Below, piece after piece: positions 38,733-48,007 of a stretch of DNA of 64,000 bases. The stretch is from Candidatus Micrarchaeota archaeon (GTDB lineage: Archaea; Micrarchaeota; Micrarchaeia; Anstonellales; Bilamarchaeaceae): contig JBBSVO010000004.1 in NCBI GenBank assembly GCA_038046805.1, forward strand, positions 32,001 to 96,000. The letters are read 5' to 3'. The translations under genes and the position numbers were made by a program. Every line of letters begins with the position of its first letter. The first letter of the stretch is position 1. Under the pieces are notes generated by a model. That model searched no databases, was not told where the DNA came from, and worked only from the letters and a program-made list of their open reading frames with translations.

Positions 38733-40634
38733 ATGACAACTGAAAAAATAATTGGAATTGATCTCGGCACCAGCAATTCGGCTGCAGCAGTCCTTGAAGG
38801 GGGACGCCCTGCAATAGTTCCAAGTGCTGAAGGCGCGAGCCAATATGGAAAGGCATTTCCGAGCTATGTTTCAATAACAAGTGACGGGCAAAGATTTATC
38901 GGAGAACCGGCAAAAAGGCAGCTTGTCGCGAATCCAGACGGAACCATAAATGCATTCAAAAGAAAAATGGGAACTGATTACAAATACAAGATTTTTGGAA
39001 AGGAATACAGGCCGCAGGAACTCAGTGCGATGCTTCTTTCGAAAATAAAACAGGATTCTGAAGCATTTCTTGGCCAGCCGGTGAAGAAGGCGGTCATTAC
39101 GGTTCCGGCCTATTTCAATGACAATCAAAGGCAGGCAACAAAGGATGCGGGTGAAATCGCTGGCCTTGAAGTCGTACGACTTGTGAATGAACCCACTGCT
39201 GCATGTCTTGCATATGGATTGGATAAGACAGACAAAGATATGAAAATCATGGTTTTTGACCTTGGTGGCGGAACTCTTGATGTTACAATAATGGATTTTG
39301 GCGGAAAGGTTTTCGAGGTTAAATCCACAAGTGGTGATACACAGCTTGGCGGAACAGATATGGACAAGGTTCTTGTAGATTATCTTGCAGACCAGTTCAC
39401 AAAAGAAAGCGGAATTGATATAAGAAAAGACAACCAGGCAATGAAACGAATTGCAGAGGCTGCGGAAAAGGCCAAAATTGAACTTTCCACAGTTTTGCAG
39501 ACAGATATTAGCTTGCCATTCCTTGCATCGGACGTAAATGGGCCAAAGAATTTCCAGCACACACTCACAAGGGCAAAGTTGGAAGGACTCGTTCGCCCGA
39601 TAATTGACAGATGCAGGCAACCGGTTGAACAAGCACTTCGCGATGCAAAGCTCTCTCCTTCACAGGTTGACAAAATAATCATGGTTGGTGGACCAACAAG
39701 AATGCCGATTGTGCAAAAATTTGTAGAAGATCTTGTCGGTAAAAAGGTTGAACGGGGAGTTGACCCAATGGAATGCGTTGCAATAGGCGCAGCTATCCAG
39801 GCAGGGGTACTTGCTGGTGAAGTAAAGGATATTCTTCTTCTGGATGTTACTCCGCTTTCGCTTGGGATTGAAACCCTTGGTAGCGTAGCAACAAAGTTGA
39901 TTGAGCGGAATACTACAATTCCGACTAAAAAAAGCCAAACGTTCTCTACTGCTGCAGATATGCAGACTTCTGTTGAAATTCATATACTACAGGGAGAAAG
40001 GGCAATGGCAAAGGACAACATTTCACTTGGAAAGTTCTCTCTTGTTGGAATACCACCCTCACCACGCGGAGTACCGCAGATTGAGGTTACCTTTGATATA
40101 GATGCAAATGGAATATTACATGTTGCAGCAAAGGACCTGGGTACTGGAAAAGAGCAGACAATGAAGATTATTGCGCCGAATAAGATGGATAAAGGAGAAA
40201 TAGAAAATAAGATGAAGGATGCAGAACAGTATGCTGAAGAGGATAAGAAAATCCGCGAACTTGCTGAAGCAAAAAACGAGCTTGAAGCAATGATTTACAC
40301 TGGTGAAAAAACCATTTCGGACCTTGGAGACAAAATTACACAGGCACAGCGTGATAAGATAAATGAAACGGGTAAAAAAGCAAAGGAAATCCTGGCCACA
40401 GACGATCTTGCGAAGATAAGGACTGAAATGGAAAACCTTAAAAAAATCCTCCAGGAAATCGGAAGCGAGATTTATCAAAAACAGGGGGCGGGGCAGACTG
40501 GGCCTGGTAACGGACCCGATTCCGGGCCAACGATGCGAGACGGTGAAGATGGCGGAGATAGTCCAAAATCCGGAGGTTCTGGTTCCGATTCCGGAGATGA
40601 TAAAACGCAGGATGCGGAATTCAAGAAGAAATAA
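38733..40634 (+). CDS. dnaK: Chaperone DnaK (Hsp70)
   Basis: [33 protein letters not shown]. Confidence 0.98.
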   Translation: MTTEKIIGIDLGTSNSAAAVLEGGRPAIVPSAEGASQYGKAFPSYVSITSDGQRFIGEPAKRQLVANPDGTINAFKRKMGTDYKYKIFGKEYRPQELSAMLLSKIKQDSEAFLGQPVKKAVITVPAYFNDNQRQATKDAGEIAGLEVVRLVNEPTAACLAYGLDKTDKDMKIMVFDLGGGTLDVTIMDFGGKVFEVKSTSGDTQLGGTDMDKVLVDYLADQFTKESGIDIRKDNQAMKRIAEAAEKAKIELSTVLQTDISLPFLASDVNGPKNFQHTLTRAKLEGLVRPIIDRCRQPVEQALRDAKLSPSQVDKIIMVGGPTRMPIVQKFVEDLVGKKVERGVDPMECVAIGAAIQAGVLAGEVKDILLLDVTPLSLGIETLGSVATKLIERNTTIPTKKSQTFSTAADMQTSVEIHILQGERAMAKDNISLGKFSLVGIPPSPRGVPQIEVTFDIDANGILHVAAKDLGTGKEQTMKIIAPNKMDKGEIENKMKDAEQYAEEDKKIRELAEAKNELEAMIYTGEKTISDLGDKITQAQRDKINETGKKAKEILATDDLAKIRTEMENLKKILQEIGSEIYQKQGAGQTGPGNGPDSGPTMRDGEDGGDSPKSGGSGSDSGDDKTQDAEFKKK

Positions 40635-40656
40635 GTTGGATTGGTAGGCTGACCAG

Positions 40657-40956
40657 ATGACTTCCAAACAAAATTATTACGAAATTCTTGGTGTTTCAGA
40701 GAACGCTAGTGACGAAGAGATAAAAAAAGCGTTCAGAAAACTTGCACTTCGATATCATCCGGATCGCAATAGCAATGCAGCTGCAGAGGAAAAATTCAAG
40801 GAAATAAGCGAGGCTTATTCAATTCTTATTGGAAAACAAAAAGAGCCGGTAAGATACCAACGATATGATTCGAGAGTATCTGAAAGCTGGGAAGAAAGAG
40901 TCTTTAGGGTTTGGCATGAAATTGCAAATCGTAAAAATGATAATTCGTACAGGTAA
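40657..40956 (+). CDS. Small stand-alone J-domain protein
   Basis: [18 protein letters not shown]. Confidence 0.85.
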   Translation: MTSKQNYYEILGVSENASDEEIKKAFRKLALRYHPDRNSNAAAEEKFKEISEAYSILIGKQKEPVRYQRYDSRVSESWEERVFRVWHEIANRKNDNSYR

Positions 40957-40960
40957 TTAG

Positions 40961-42106
40961 ATGGCTACTAAAAGGGATTATTACGAAATTCTTGGAATTC
41001 CTAAGAGCGCAAGCGCCGATGAAACAAAAAAAGCATATAGAAAGCTTGCGTTAGAATTTCACCCAGACAGGAACAAAAACAAGGATGCAGAAGCCAGGTT
41101 CAAGGAGATAAGCGAAGCATATGCCGTACTTAGTGATTCGGAAAAACGTAGCGCGTACGACCAATATGGCCATGCGGGATTTGACCAAAGATATTCCCAG
41201 GAGGATATTTTCAGAAACGCGAATTTTGAGGAGTTTGCAGATATTCTCAGGAATTTTGGGTTTGGTGGCGGTTACGGACGTGGCGGAGGAAGGCAGGACG
41301 ATCCATTCTCTTCAATGTTTTTTGATTTTGGCGGGGCAAGTGGAACGCGCGGAAGAAGGAGACGCGAAGTTGGCGAGGATCTTCAAACTGAAATACAGAT
41401 TACGCTTGAAGAGGTTGCAAAGGGAACAACCCGCGAAATTGAAGTTTCGCACAACAATGCATGCGACAGATGTAAAGGAAGCAGGGCAGAGCCAGGAACG
41501 AACTCAATAACGTGCGATAAGTGCAAAGGAAGTGGAATGGTTTATGTAAACAGAAGATTAGGCCCTATGATTGTGAGAAGTGCCTCTGCGTGCAACTCAT
41601 GCTATGGAGAAGGAAAAACAATCCGACAGTTCTGCTCGCGATGCAATGGCCGCGGAACAATGGAAAAACATGAGAAAATAGATGTAACAATACCTGCAGG
41701 GGTTGAAGATGGAATGAACCTGCGCGTTCGCGGGATGGGGCGATATGGGAAGGATGGCTCAGGAGATTTGTACGTTTATATCAATGTAAATCCGCACGCA
41801 CAGCTGAAACGTGATGGAGAAGATGTTTATTTTGAAACAAAAATAAATTTTATTGATGCCGCACTTGGTACAAAAATTGATGTTCCAACTATTTCCGGAA
41901 AGGCAGAGCTGAAAATCCCTGCAGGAACCCAGCCTGAGACGATTTTCAAAATGAAGGGCGAGGGCATTCCAAGCATGAGAAGCGGAAGAAAAGGGGACGA
42001 ACTGGTTAAGGTCAATGTTGAAATTCCCAAAAATATATCCAAAAAACAAAGGGAATTGCTTGAGGAATTCAAAAAAGAGGATGGAAAACTGTTCGGGGTG
42101 TTTTAG
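40961..42106 (+). CDS. dnaJ: Chaperone DnaJ
   Basis: J domain with HPD, G/F-rich region, four CxxCxG motifs. Confidence 0.97.
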   Translation: MATKRDYYEILGIPKSASADETKKAYRKLALEFHPDRNKNKDAEARFKEISEAYAVLSDSEKRSAYDQYGHAGFDQRYSQEDIFRNANFEEFADILRNFGFGGGYGRGGGRQDDPFSSMFFDFGGASGTRGRRRREVGEDLQTEIQITLEEVAKGTTREIEVSHNNACDRCKGSRAEPGTNSITCDKCKGSGMVYVNRRLGPMIVRSASACNSCYGEGKTIRQFCSRCNGRGTMEKHEKIDVTIPAGVEDGMNLRVRGMGRYGKDGSGDLYVYINVNPHAQLKRDGEDVYFETKINFIDAALGTKIDVPTISGKAELKIPAGTQPETIFKMKGEGIPSMRSGRKGDELVKVNVEIPKNISKKQRELLEEFKKEDGKLFGVF

Positions 42107-42661
42107 GTGGGCGAGGATAGAACAGACAAAGAAATATCCAAATTCAGGAGCGAAATAATAGAAAGATTCATCTCAATAGAGCAGCTTGTCGATATCATAA
42201 TCTCATACCACTATTTCGGATATCTTAATCTTGATTTTGTATCCCAGGTATTATATGATGACAGTACTAATTTTGGATTGAAATGCAGGATAATTGAAAA
42301 AACGACCAATGCGGACAAACAGAAAATAAAGGACTTATATAGACTGAACAAAATAAGGAATATATTCGCGCACAGCAACCATGCGATGCTTGGAAATGGC
42401 GGGGGAAAGGAAGGAAATGAAGGTGAAGAGATATTCTACAATCCGCGCTCCATTGGAGAAAAAATGGATTTCGTGAAATTGCATGAAGAATTCACGAAAA
42501 AGGCGAATGATGCACTCCCATATCTGCTTGAATTATTAAAGAGCAAAGAAAACGAGGTTCCGGTTTCTCTAAGGGTTTTCAAGGATGATTTTCGGAAGCA
42601 ATTATTTGAGATGATTAAAAGGGGGAGGCCTCAAATCTCCGAAGTTGAAACCAAAGAGTAA
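42107..42661 (+). CDS. HEPN-domain protein (MtlR-like clade)
   Basis: IEQLVD...FGLK...LNKIRNIFAH (RxxxxH). Confidence 0.6.
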   Translation: MGEDRTDKEISKFRSEIIERFISIEQLVDIIISYHYFGYLNLDFVSQVLYDDSTNFGLKCRIIEKTTNADKQKIKDLYRLNKIRNIFAHSNHAMLGNGGGKEGNEGEEIFYNPRSIGEKMDFVKLHEEFTKKANDALPYLLELLKSKENEVPVSLRVFKDDFRKQLFEMIKRGRPQISEVETKE

Positions 42662-42665
42662 AAAA

Positions 42666-43978
42666 TCATTTTTTTCTTAGAGTTCTTCCGATTTTATCTC
42701 GTTCAAGTATGGTTTCTGCCACTTCTGGTTCAAAATGCGCAAGCATTAATTCGAATTTTCTTTCTCCTGCAAAATATCGGTACATATGATGGACTACGGA
42801 ATCACTTACAAGCTGATTTAGGTCTGTTTCCTTATCCCATCTCCTCAACGCATCCAATATGGCAATCATGAACTCCTGTTTGATATCATCATAATCCGGT
42901 TCTGCGAAACATTTCTATTGGCAAAGTGAATGTTCTTATAATCGGAGAGTGTGCGCGATTGAAAAAGAAGTGTTCAAAATACTGAGTTACAAACATACTT
43001 TCCTCTGCTTTGCTCAGTAATCTAAGCTCTGGTAGACGAAGAATTGAAATTCGCTCAAACGGTGTTTCTATCTTTTCCTTTCTGGATTCCCATGCCCTTC
43101 TGGCAATTTCAGTTCTCAATTCCGAGCTTAGTTTAGCCCATCGTTTTCGTATTATTTCGCTTCTTTGTTCGGAGGTCTTTCCTTCCCAGATTTGCCAAAT
43201 TGCCCCCCCCTCTCTGCTCTAAATCAGCAGTTCTCTTTCGTGCTATTTGTTTTCTTTGCCCAGTAGTTTTGTCCTTCCACATCGCCCTGCTTCGCCTGCT
43301 TCGTTCTGCATCTTTTTGAAATGACCTGGCTTTCCTTAAAATTTCTTTTCGTTCTTCATGGCTTTTCTTTGCCCAAAATTGCGAAAGTGCTCTTCTCCTC
43401 TTTACGCGGGTTTTCTCGGCCCGTTTGGCAATTCTTATCCTCCTTTTAGGGGCAATTCTTTTTTCTCTCTTTCTCGCAATCTCGCTCCTTTTTTCAGCAC
43501 CTTTTTGCTGTTCTCGTTTTATTGCGGCATCACTTCTTTCTTCGTTATTTTCCCTCAATGCTATCTGCCAGATTGCAGTTCCTCTTCTTTCTCTTTCCCT
43601 ATTGCAGTCTATGGATATTTTCTTTCTTTGCTCCGAGGTCATTGCGGCAGTTATTTGCACTGTTGTTTTTCCGATTCGTTTTCTTGTTTCCTCTGCTCGT
43701 TGTACAATTTCTCGCAGGTCTTCGGAATTTTTAACTCTTTGACGATAAGACCACAGTTGATTGTCTACTACTTTGCTAGCTTCTTCTGGAGTTAGGTTCT
43801 TTACTTCGCCCCGGGGAAAGTATGCTGCCATGTATTCTTTAGTAGTATCCTGGCCGAGTCCATGCTTGAAAAACATTTCCTGAGCAATACGCTTCCTCGC
43901 TCTGCCTTTTTTCAATTCTGTGGCTAATTTTAATGCGTGAACAGGTAAAAAACGAACATATTTTCTTTTAGGTTGCAT
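42666..43978 (-). pseudogene. Frameshifted basic-repeat protein with C-terminal sigma-70 region 1.2/2-like segment
   Basis: Removing one G from the G8 tract (43203-43210) continues the repeat as GAIWQIWEGKTSEQRSEIIRKRW into ORF 42889-43119. At least one more shift near 42895-42965 joins DYDDIKQEFMIAILDALRRWD. Confidence 0.65.
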
Positions 43979-44041
43979 AAAAATCAGTGACTGCTATATG
44001 TCAGGACAAAACCTCAAACCCGCAACCGAAAACTTAACCTG

Positions 44042-44300
44042 CTCGCACCCTCGGCCCCCCGCATTTTGGATTGTTTCGCGTTTTGAGTTTCGTGTTTTGC
44101 GTCTTGTTTTCGATTCCGAGACGCTGAACTTCAAGACTCGAAACGCAACTTCGCCAAGCGGGTGCTCTGCTATTGCTTACCCAGTTGACTTGTGATTCTC
44201 CAGGGCTTTTACGCTGGAGCGCTTTTGCCCTTATAAAACAGAAGTCAAAAGGGCCCTGAGCTACGAGCCCTAAGCAAAATAAAATTTGGACTCGGAGGGA
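44042..44300 (-). tRNA. Circularly permuted tRNA-Ala(GGC) with two introns: 3' exon 44287-44300, linker 44271-44286, 5' part 44042-44270 with introns 44173-44255 (15/16) and 44064-44151 (37/38)
   Basis: Reassembled 72-nt GGGCTCGTAGCTCAG|TAGCAGAGCACCCGCTTGGCG|TGCGGGGGGCCGAGGGTGCGAG|TCCCTCCGAGTCCA gives a full cloverleaf with G3-U70, A73 and G15-C48; BHB-like junctions. Confidence 0.88.
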
Positions 44301-44355
44301 TTTGCGAATAATTGGTTTCTGGCCTGCAGCCACTAGCTAGTATCCAGTAGCTTAA

Positions 44356-44580
44356 CTATGACGGAGATATGTAAATTACACTGTCTCCACGCAACAGAAT
44401 TGTTCCCATTCCGCGCTTTACTTCGCCATTTATTATTTGCTCTGCATTATCAAGCACTATATTCATGTGAACATCATAAGCAGCCATTACCCCGCGGAAT
44501 TCTACTCCGCCTTTAAGGCCGATAACTACCGTATTGTTCAACGAACCGTTCAATACATCAAATGGTCTTTTTTCTGGCAT
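44356..44580 (-). CDS. Sm-like archaeal protein (SmAP/LSm)
   Basis: RPFDVL, LKGG..FRG.M..YDVHMNIVL, LLRGDSVIYISP. Confidence 0.95.
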   Translation of the reverse strand: MPEKRPFDVLNGSLNNTVVIGLKGGVEFRGVMAAYDVHMNIVLDNAEQIINGEVKRGMGTILLRGDSVIYISPS

Positions 44581-44682
44581 AAATTTTCACCTCTATAAAA
44601 AACTAAAATCTAAACAGATTAAGAACACGACTGAATTTAAAGGTTATCTTTCACACTCCCAGGGTTCGCGACAGATATTATA

Positions 44683-45477
44683 TCACCCCTTTGGCTTCCT
44701 GCCTTTGACCTTTGGAGGTTTTATATCTGGGTATTCCTTGCATAACATCTCCGGATTCGCATATGGTTTATACCCTATAGTCTCCATTACGCGAAGTAAA
44801 AGAAATGCATCCTGAAATTGGTTTCCACTTAGACTTATCTGCTTCAGAACTTCGATAACATTAGTATACGATTTCCGCTTTCCTGTACAGAGTTTCAAAA
44901 CATCTACACTCGGATTTGATGCCCCTGCAAATTGGAAAACTTTAGGAACAAGAGAAAAAACAATTCCGGAAAGTATGCCAGAAACCTCCCACCCCTCAGT
45001 TTTCTGATTAATACTAAGCTTCTTTATCACAGCCCAGTCCTTGTAATGCCCTATAAAAACGATCTGGTCTTCTGATTTTTCTTCTTTTGGCTTAAATGCA
45101 CTTTTGAACATTGAAGGAGTGAGAAAACAAGCAACACCCGCTGATTTGAAAAGCTCTAAAAAGAAACAGCACTCCGCGGCAGGCAAAAGAGTATTTTTAC
45201 CTGCTGCATCAATCAAGGCTGCCCTTAATTCGGATGGTTTTTTTGACTCCAGGAACGAAATGACTGCCGGAAGTCCGCTTCCGTTCAGTTTTATAAAATC
45301 CCGAACTTTTTTAGTATCTATTCCAGAAAAATCAAATGCTGGCTCGTTTATGGAATTTAGAATATCCGCGAGCGCAAATGCTACATCGGTTTCTGAAGCA
45401 CCCCTGAGGGAATAATATATTCCTCTCTTAAAACCCCTAAATTCACCGGAGAATAGAATCTCGTCATTGATTTCCAT
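44683..45477 (-). CDS. DUF2666-like archaeal protein (two related halves)
   Basis: EDQIVFIGHYKDWAVIKKLSI...EVSGILSGI; C-terminal YPDIKPPKVKGRKPK. Confidence 0.6.
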   Translation of the reverse strand: MEINDEILFSGEFRGFKRGIYYSLRGASETDVAFALADILNSINEPAFDFSGIDTKKVRDFIKLNGSGLPAVISFLESKKPSELRAALIDAAGKNTLLPAAECCFFLELFKSAGVACFLTPSMFKSAFKPKEEKSEDQIVFIGHYKDWAVIKKLSINQKTEGWEVSGILSGIVFSLVPKVFQFAGASNPSVDVLKLCTGKRKSYTNVIEVLKQISLSGNQFQDAFLLLRVMETIGYKPYANPEMLCKEYPDIKPPKVKGRKPKG

Positions 45478-45537
45478 GGGGTTCAATTAAACATAAGTAT
45501 TTTAATTGCTTTCCGGCACAAGAACCGAGTATAGATT

Positions 45538-45802
45538 GCTCCTGTAGCTCAGTGAAAGTCTCGGGTCTTGTCTTATGGTCTTGTGTCTCGGTCGCGAGTT
45601 TCGAAACACGACCAAGTGAACGTCGCAACGTTCACGGGTCCATGGAACAAATACTTCGTTCCATCGGAGACGCGGAACACAAGACACGAAACTTCTGTAT
45701 GTAGAGCGCGTGCTTGGTAAGAACCCTTTTTGCGCGGCAAAAAGCGTTTCATCGGAAAACCTAATAAGCACGAGGTCGCGAGTTCAATTCTCGTCGGGGG
45801 CT
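45538..45802 (+). tRNA. tRNA-Thr(GGT) with two introns (18/19: 45555-45700, 146 nt; 37/38: 45720-45766, 47 nt)
   Basis: Spliced GCTCCTGTAGCTCAGTG|GTAGAGCGCGTGCTTGGTA|AGCACGAGGTCGCGAGTTCAATTCTCGTCGGGGGCT; BHB at both junctions; U73. Confidence 0.92.
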
Positions 45803-45950
45803 TTTTACTTCTTCTTATTAGCCCGCATATATACGCTGCCATGTTTGGCGACAAACATGGCTTCCGGGTTGTAATTTGCTGCTTTTAGGCCAACCTAGCG
45901 TCGAAATAGTACAACATCTTGCATGAATAAATAAATGGAGTGGATGCGAG

Positions 45951-47159
45951 ATGACAACTATGAAATACGATCCGCATAATTTCGGCGGTTTGGTGGAAGG
46001 AATGGTGGCGAAGCTCAAAGCAAACGAATACGGGGTTTCTGATGAAAACACGAAAATCATCCTGGACTTCTATTTGGATCTGAGAAGTCAAGGTTTTACG
46101 GATTCGAGGATATGCAAGCATCTGACGATGTTGCGTCTTATCGCCAGAAGGATCACGAAGCCTTTTGATAAACTGACAAAGGAAGATATCAAGCAGTTCG
46201 TGATCGATATCGAATCAGCTAATTATTCAGATTGGACAAAGCACGACTACAAGGTCTCCATCAGATCTCTTTTCAGATGGCTCAAGGGAAATAACGAAAC
46301 CTATCCGGATGAAGTGGACTGGATAAGGGTACACGTCAAGGAAAGGCACAAACTGCCAGAAGAACTGCTTACGGAAGACGAAATGAAGCGAATGGTTGCT
46401 GCATCATCTGAACCAAGGGACAGGGCGCTTGTACAATGTCTTTACGAAACTGGATGTCGAATAAGCGAGCTCCTTACTGTGCAGCTCAAGAACTTGAGTT
46501 TTGACGATTATGGAGCAGTAATACGGGTAACTGGAAAGAGCGGAACAAGGCGAGTGAGGGTAATAGCATGCGTTCAAGCAATTGCAACCTGGTTAGAGCT
46601 TCATCCATGCAAGGATAATCCGGATGCCTATCTTTTTGTTAGGAAATACCAACGAAAAGAAAATCCTGTTCCGTTCAGGTACGAATATGCAGCAAAAATC
46701 ATAAGCACTCTGGCGGATGCTGCGGGAATTAAGAAAAGAGTACACCCTCATTTGTTTCGTCATTCCAGGGCAACAGCGTTGGCCAATAAATTGACCGAAG
46801 CTCAGATGAAGGAGTATTTCGGATGGACGCAGGGAAGCGATATGGCAAGCATTTACGTGCACCTTAGCGGTCGTGATGTTGACGATGCTATTCTTGGGCT
46901 TTACGGTTACAGGAGCGGAAATAAGGAGATTGCAAAGCTTCTAACCTGCCCACGGTGCAACCTCAACAATTCCCCTGGTTCAAAATTCTGCTCAAAATGC
47001 GGGTATACTTTTGATCTTGATCTAGCTATGCAGTTAGAGAAAGAGGATCAGGAATCGATAAATCTTGCTAAACAAATGGTCAAGGACCCAGAAATGCGTG
47101 AGCTCATGTTCAAGAAGATGCTTGAAAACAAGATAGGTTCGTCCAGGGTGCGAATATGA
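45951..47159 (+). CDS. Tyrosine recombinase/integrase with C-terminal zinc ribbon
   Basis: ETGCRISE, GKSG, HPHLFRHS, IYVH, CPRC...CSKC. Confidence 0.93.
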   Translation: MTTMKYDPHNFGGLVEGMVAKLKANEYGVSDENTKIILDFYLDLRSQGFTDSRICKHLTMLRLIARRITKPFDKLTKEDIKQFVIDIESANYSDWTKHDYKVSIRSLFRWLKGNNETYPDEVDWIRVHVKERHKLPEELLTEDEMKRMVAASSEPRDRALVQCLYETGCRISELLTVQLKNLSFDDYGAVIRVTGKSGTRRVRVIACVQAIATWLELHPCKDNPDAYLFVRKYQRKENPVPFRYEYAAKIISTLADAAGIKKRVHPHLFRHSRATALANKLTEAQMKEYFGWTQGSDMASIYVHLSGRDVDDAILGLYGYRSGNKEIAKLLTCPRCNLNNSPGSKFCSKCGYTFDLDLAMQLEKEDQESINLAKQMVKDPEMRELMFKKMLENKIGSSRVRI

Positions 47160-47168
47160 TCATTAAAA

Positions 47169-47205
47169 CTACCTCCGAAGATAGCTTTATATACTTTGGG
47201 GGTAG
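47169..47205 (+). promoter_or_regulatory. Inverted repeat flanking the TATA box of the abiE-like operon (likely autoregulatory operator)
   Basis: CTACCTCCGAAG / CTTTGGGGGTAG (10/12) around TTTATATA 47186-47193. Confidence 0.55.
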
Positions 47206-47227
47206 ATAATACCCTTGTGAGGATATT

Positions 47228-48007
47228 ATGCGTACCAAAAAAATAATGCTCGGAAGCATGGAATTTTCTTTGTTGTCCAGCCTGGAGCATGACAAATTGT
47301 CTGTGTTTAGCTTTTCTGATGCCTACAAAAGGGCATCCACTACGAGGCAAGTAGTCAGGAAAGTGCTGAGCAGATTGGTAAAAAAAGGCAGGATAAAACG
47401 CATAAAAAAAGGGTATTATCTGCTTATTCCACTCAGATTCAAAGAATGGGGTGAGCATGAATTCTCGTTGGTTCCTTTCCTGGCTAAAGAGTACTATATA
47501 TCTTTCTGGTCTGCGCTGAGCTTCTGGTCATTAACTGAACAGATGCCGAGGCAGGTCTACGTTGCCGTGAAATTCCACGTGAAAGACAGGCCGTTCGAAG
47601 AGGTCAATTACAAATTTGTCAAACTCTCAAAAAGATATTTTTTTGGTTTTGTAGAAACTGAGATCCAAGGAAGGAAGATAAATATTGCTTCAAAGGAAAA
47701 GGCAATTCTTGATGGACTTTTACATCCGGAATATTGCGGTGGACTTGGTGAAATAGCAAAGGCTATACGTGATTATCACAAAGATATTGATTGGAAGAAG
47801 ATGAAAGATTATCTAAAAAAAATGGATAATTCAGCAGTGGAAAGAAGGCTTTATTACGTGCTTAAATTCCTTAAGATCAAAAATGTTTTAGGGAATAAAA
47901 TTTTTTTGGGTGTTAGACTCTTGGATCCGAACAAGTCGAAAAATGGGCGATATGATTATTCGTTTGGGTTGCAGATCAACACTAATTTGGAAGAGGAGAT
48001 GCTATGA
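47228..48007 (+). CDS. Type IV TA antitoxin, AbiEi family
   Basis: wHTH LSRLVKKGRIKRIKKGYY, YISFWSALSFWSLTEQMP, EKAILDGL. Confidence 0.88.
   Translation: MRTKKIMLGSMEFSLLSSLEHDKLSVFSFSDAYKRASTTRQVVRKVLSRLVKKGRIKRIKKGYYLLIPLRFKEWGEHEFSLVPFLAKEYYISFWSALSFWSLTEQMPRQVYVAVKFHVKDRPFEEVNYKFVKLSKRYFFGFVETEIQGRKINIASKEKAILDGLLHPEYCGGLGEIAKAIRDYHKDIDWKKMKDYLKKMDNSAVERRLYYVLKFLKIKNVLGNKIFLGVRLLDPNKSKNGRYDYSFGLQINTNLEEEML

Noticed and set aside
38871..40667. Long antisense ORFs opposite dnaK (and opposite smc, nrdJ and top6)
   Set aside because: Typical shadow frames of conserved genes
44173..44255. HDV-like (theta) ribozyme or box C/D guide inside the shared tRNA intron
   Set aside because: There is a loop-downstream pseudoknot, but no P2 helix or J4/2 catalytic strand, and no conserved RUGAUGA/CUGA boxes
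43998..45854. ORFs 43998-44195, 44034-44333, 45502-45771 and 45573-45854 (also 22172-22369 and 54293-54592)
   Set aside because: They overlap tRNA genes or palindromic repeats and show no protein motifs
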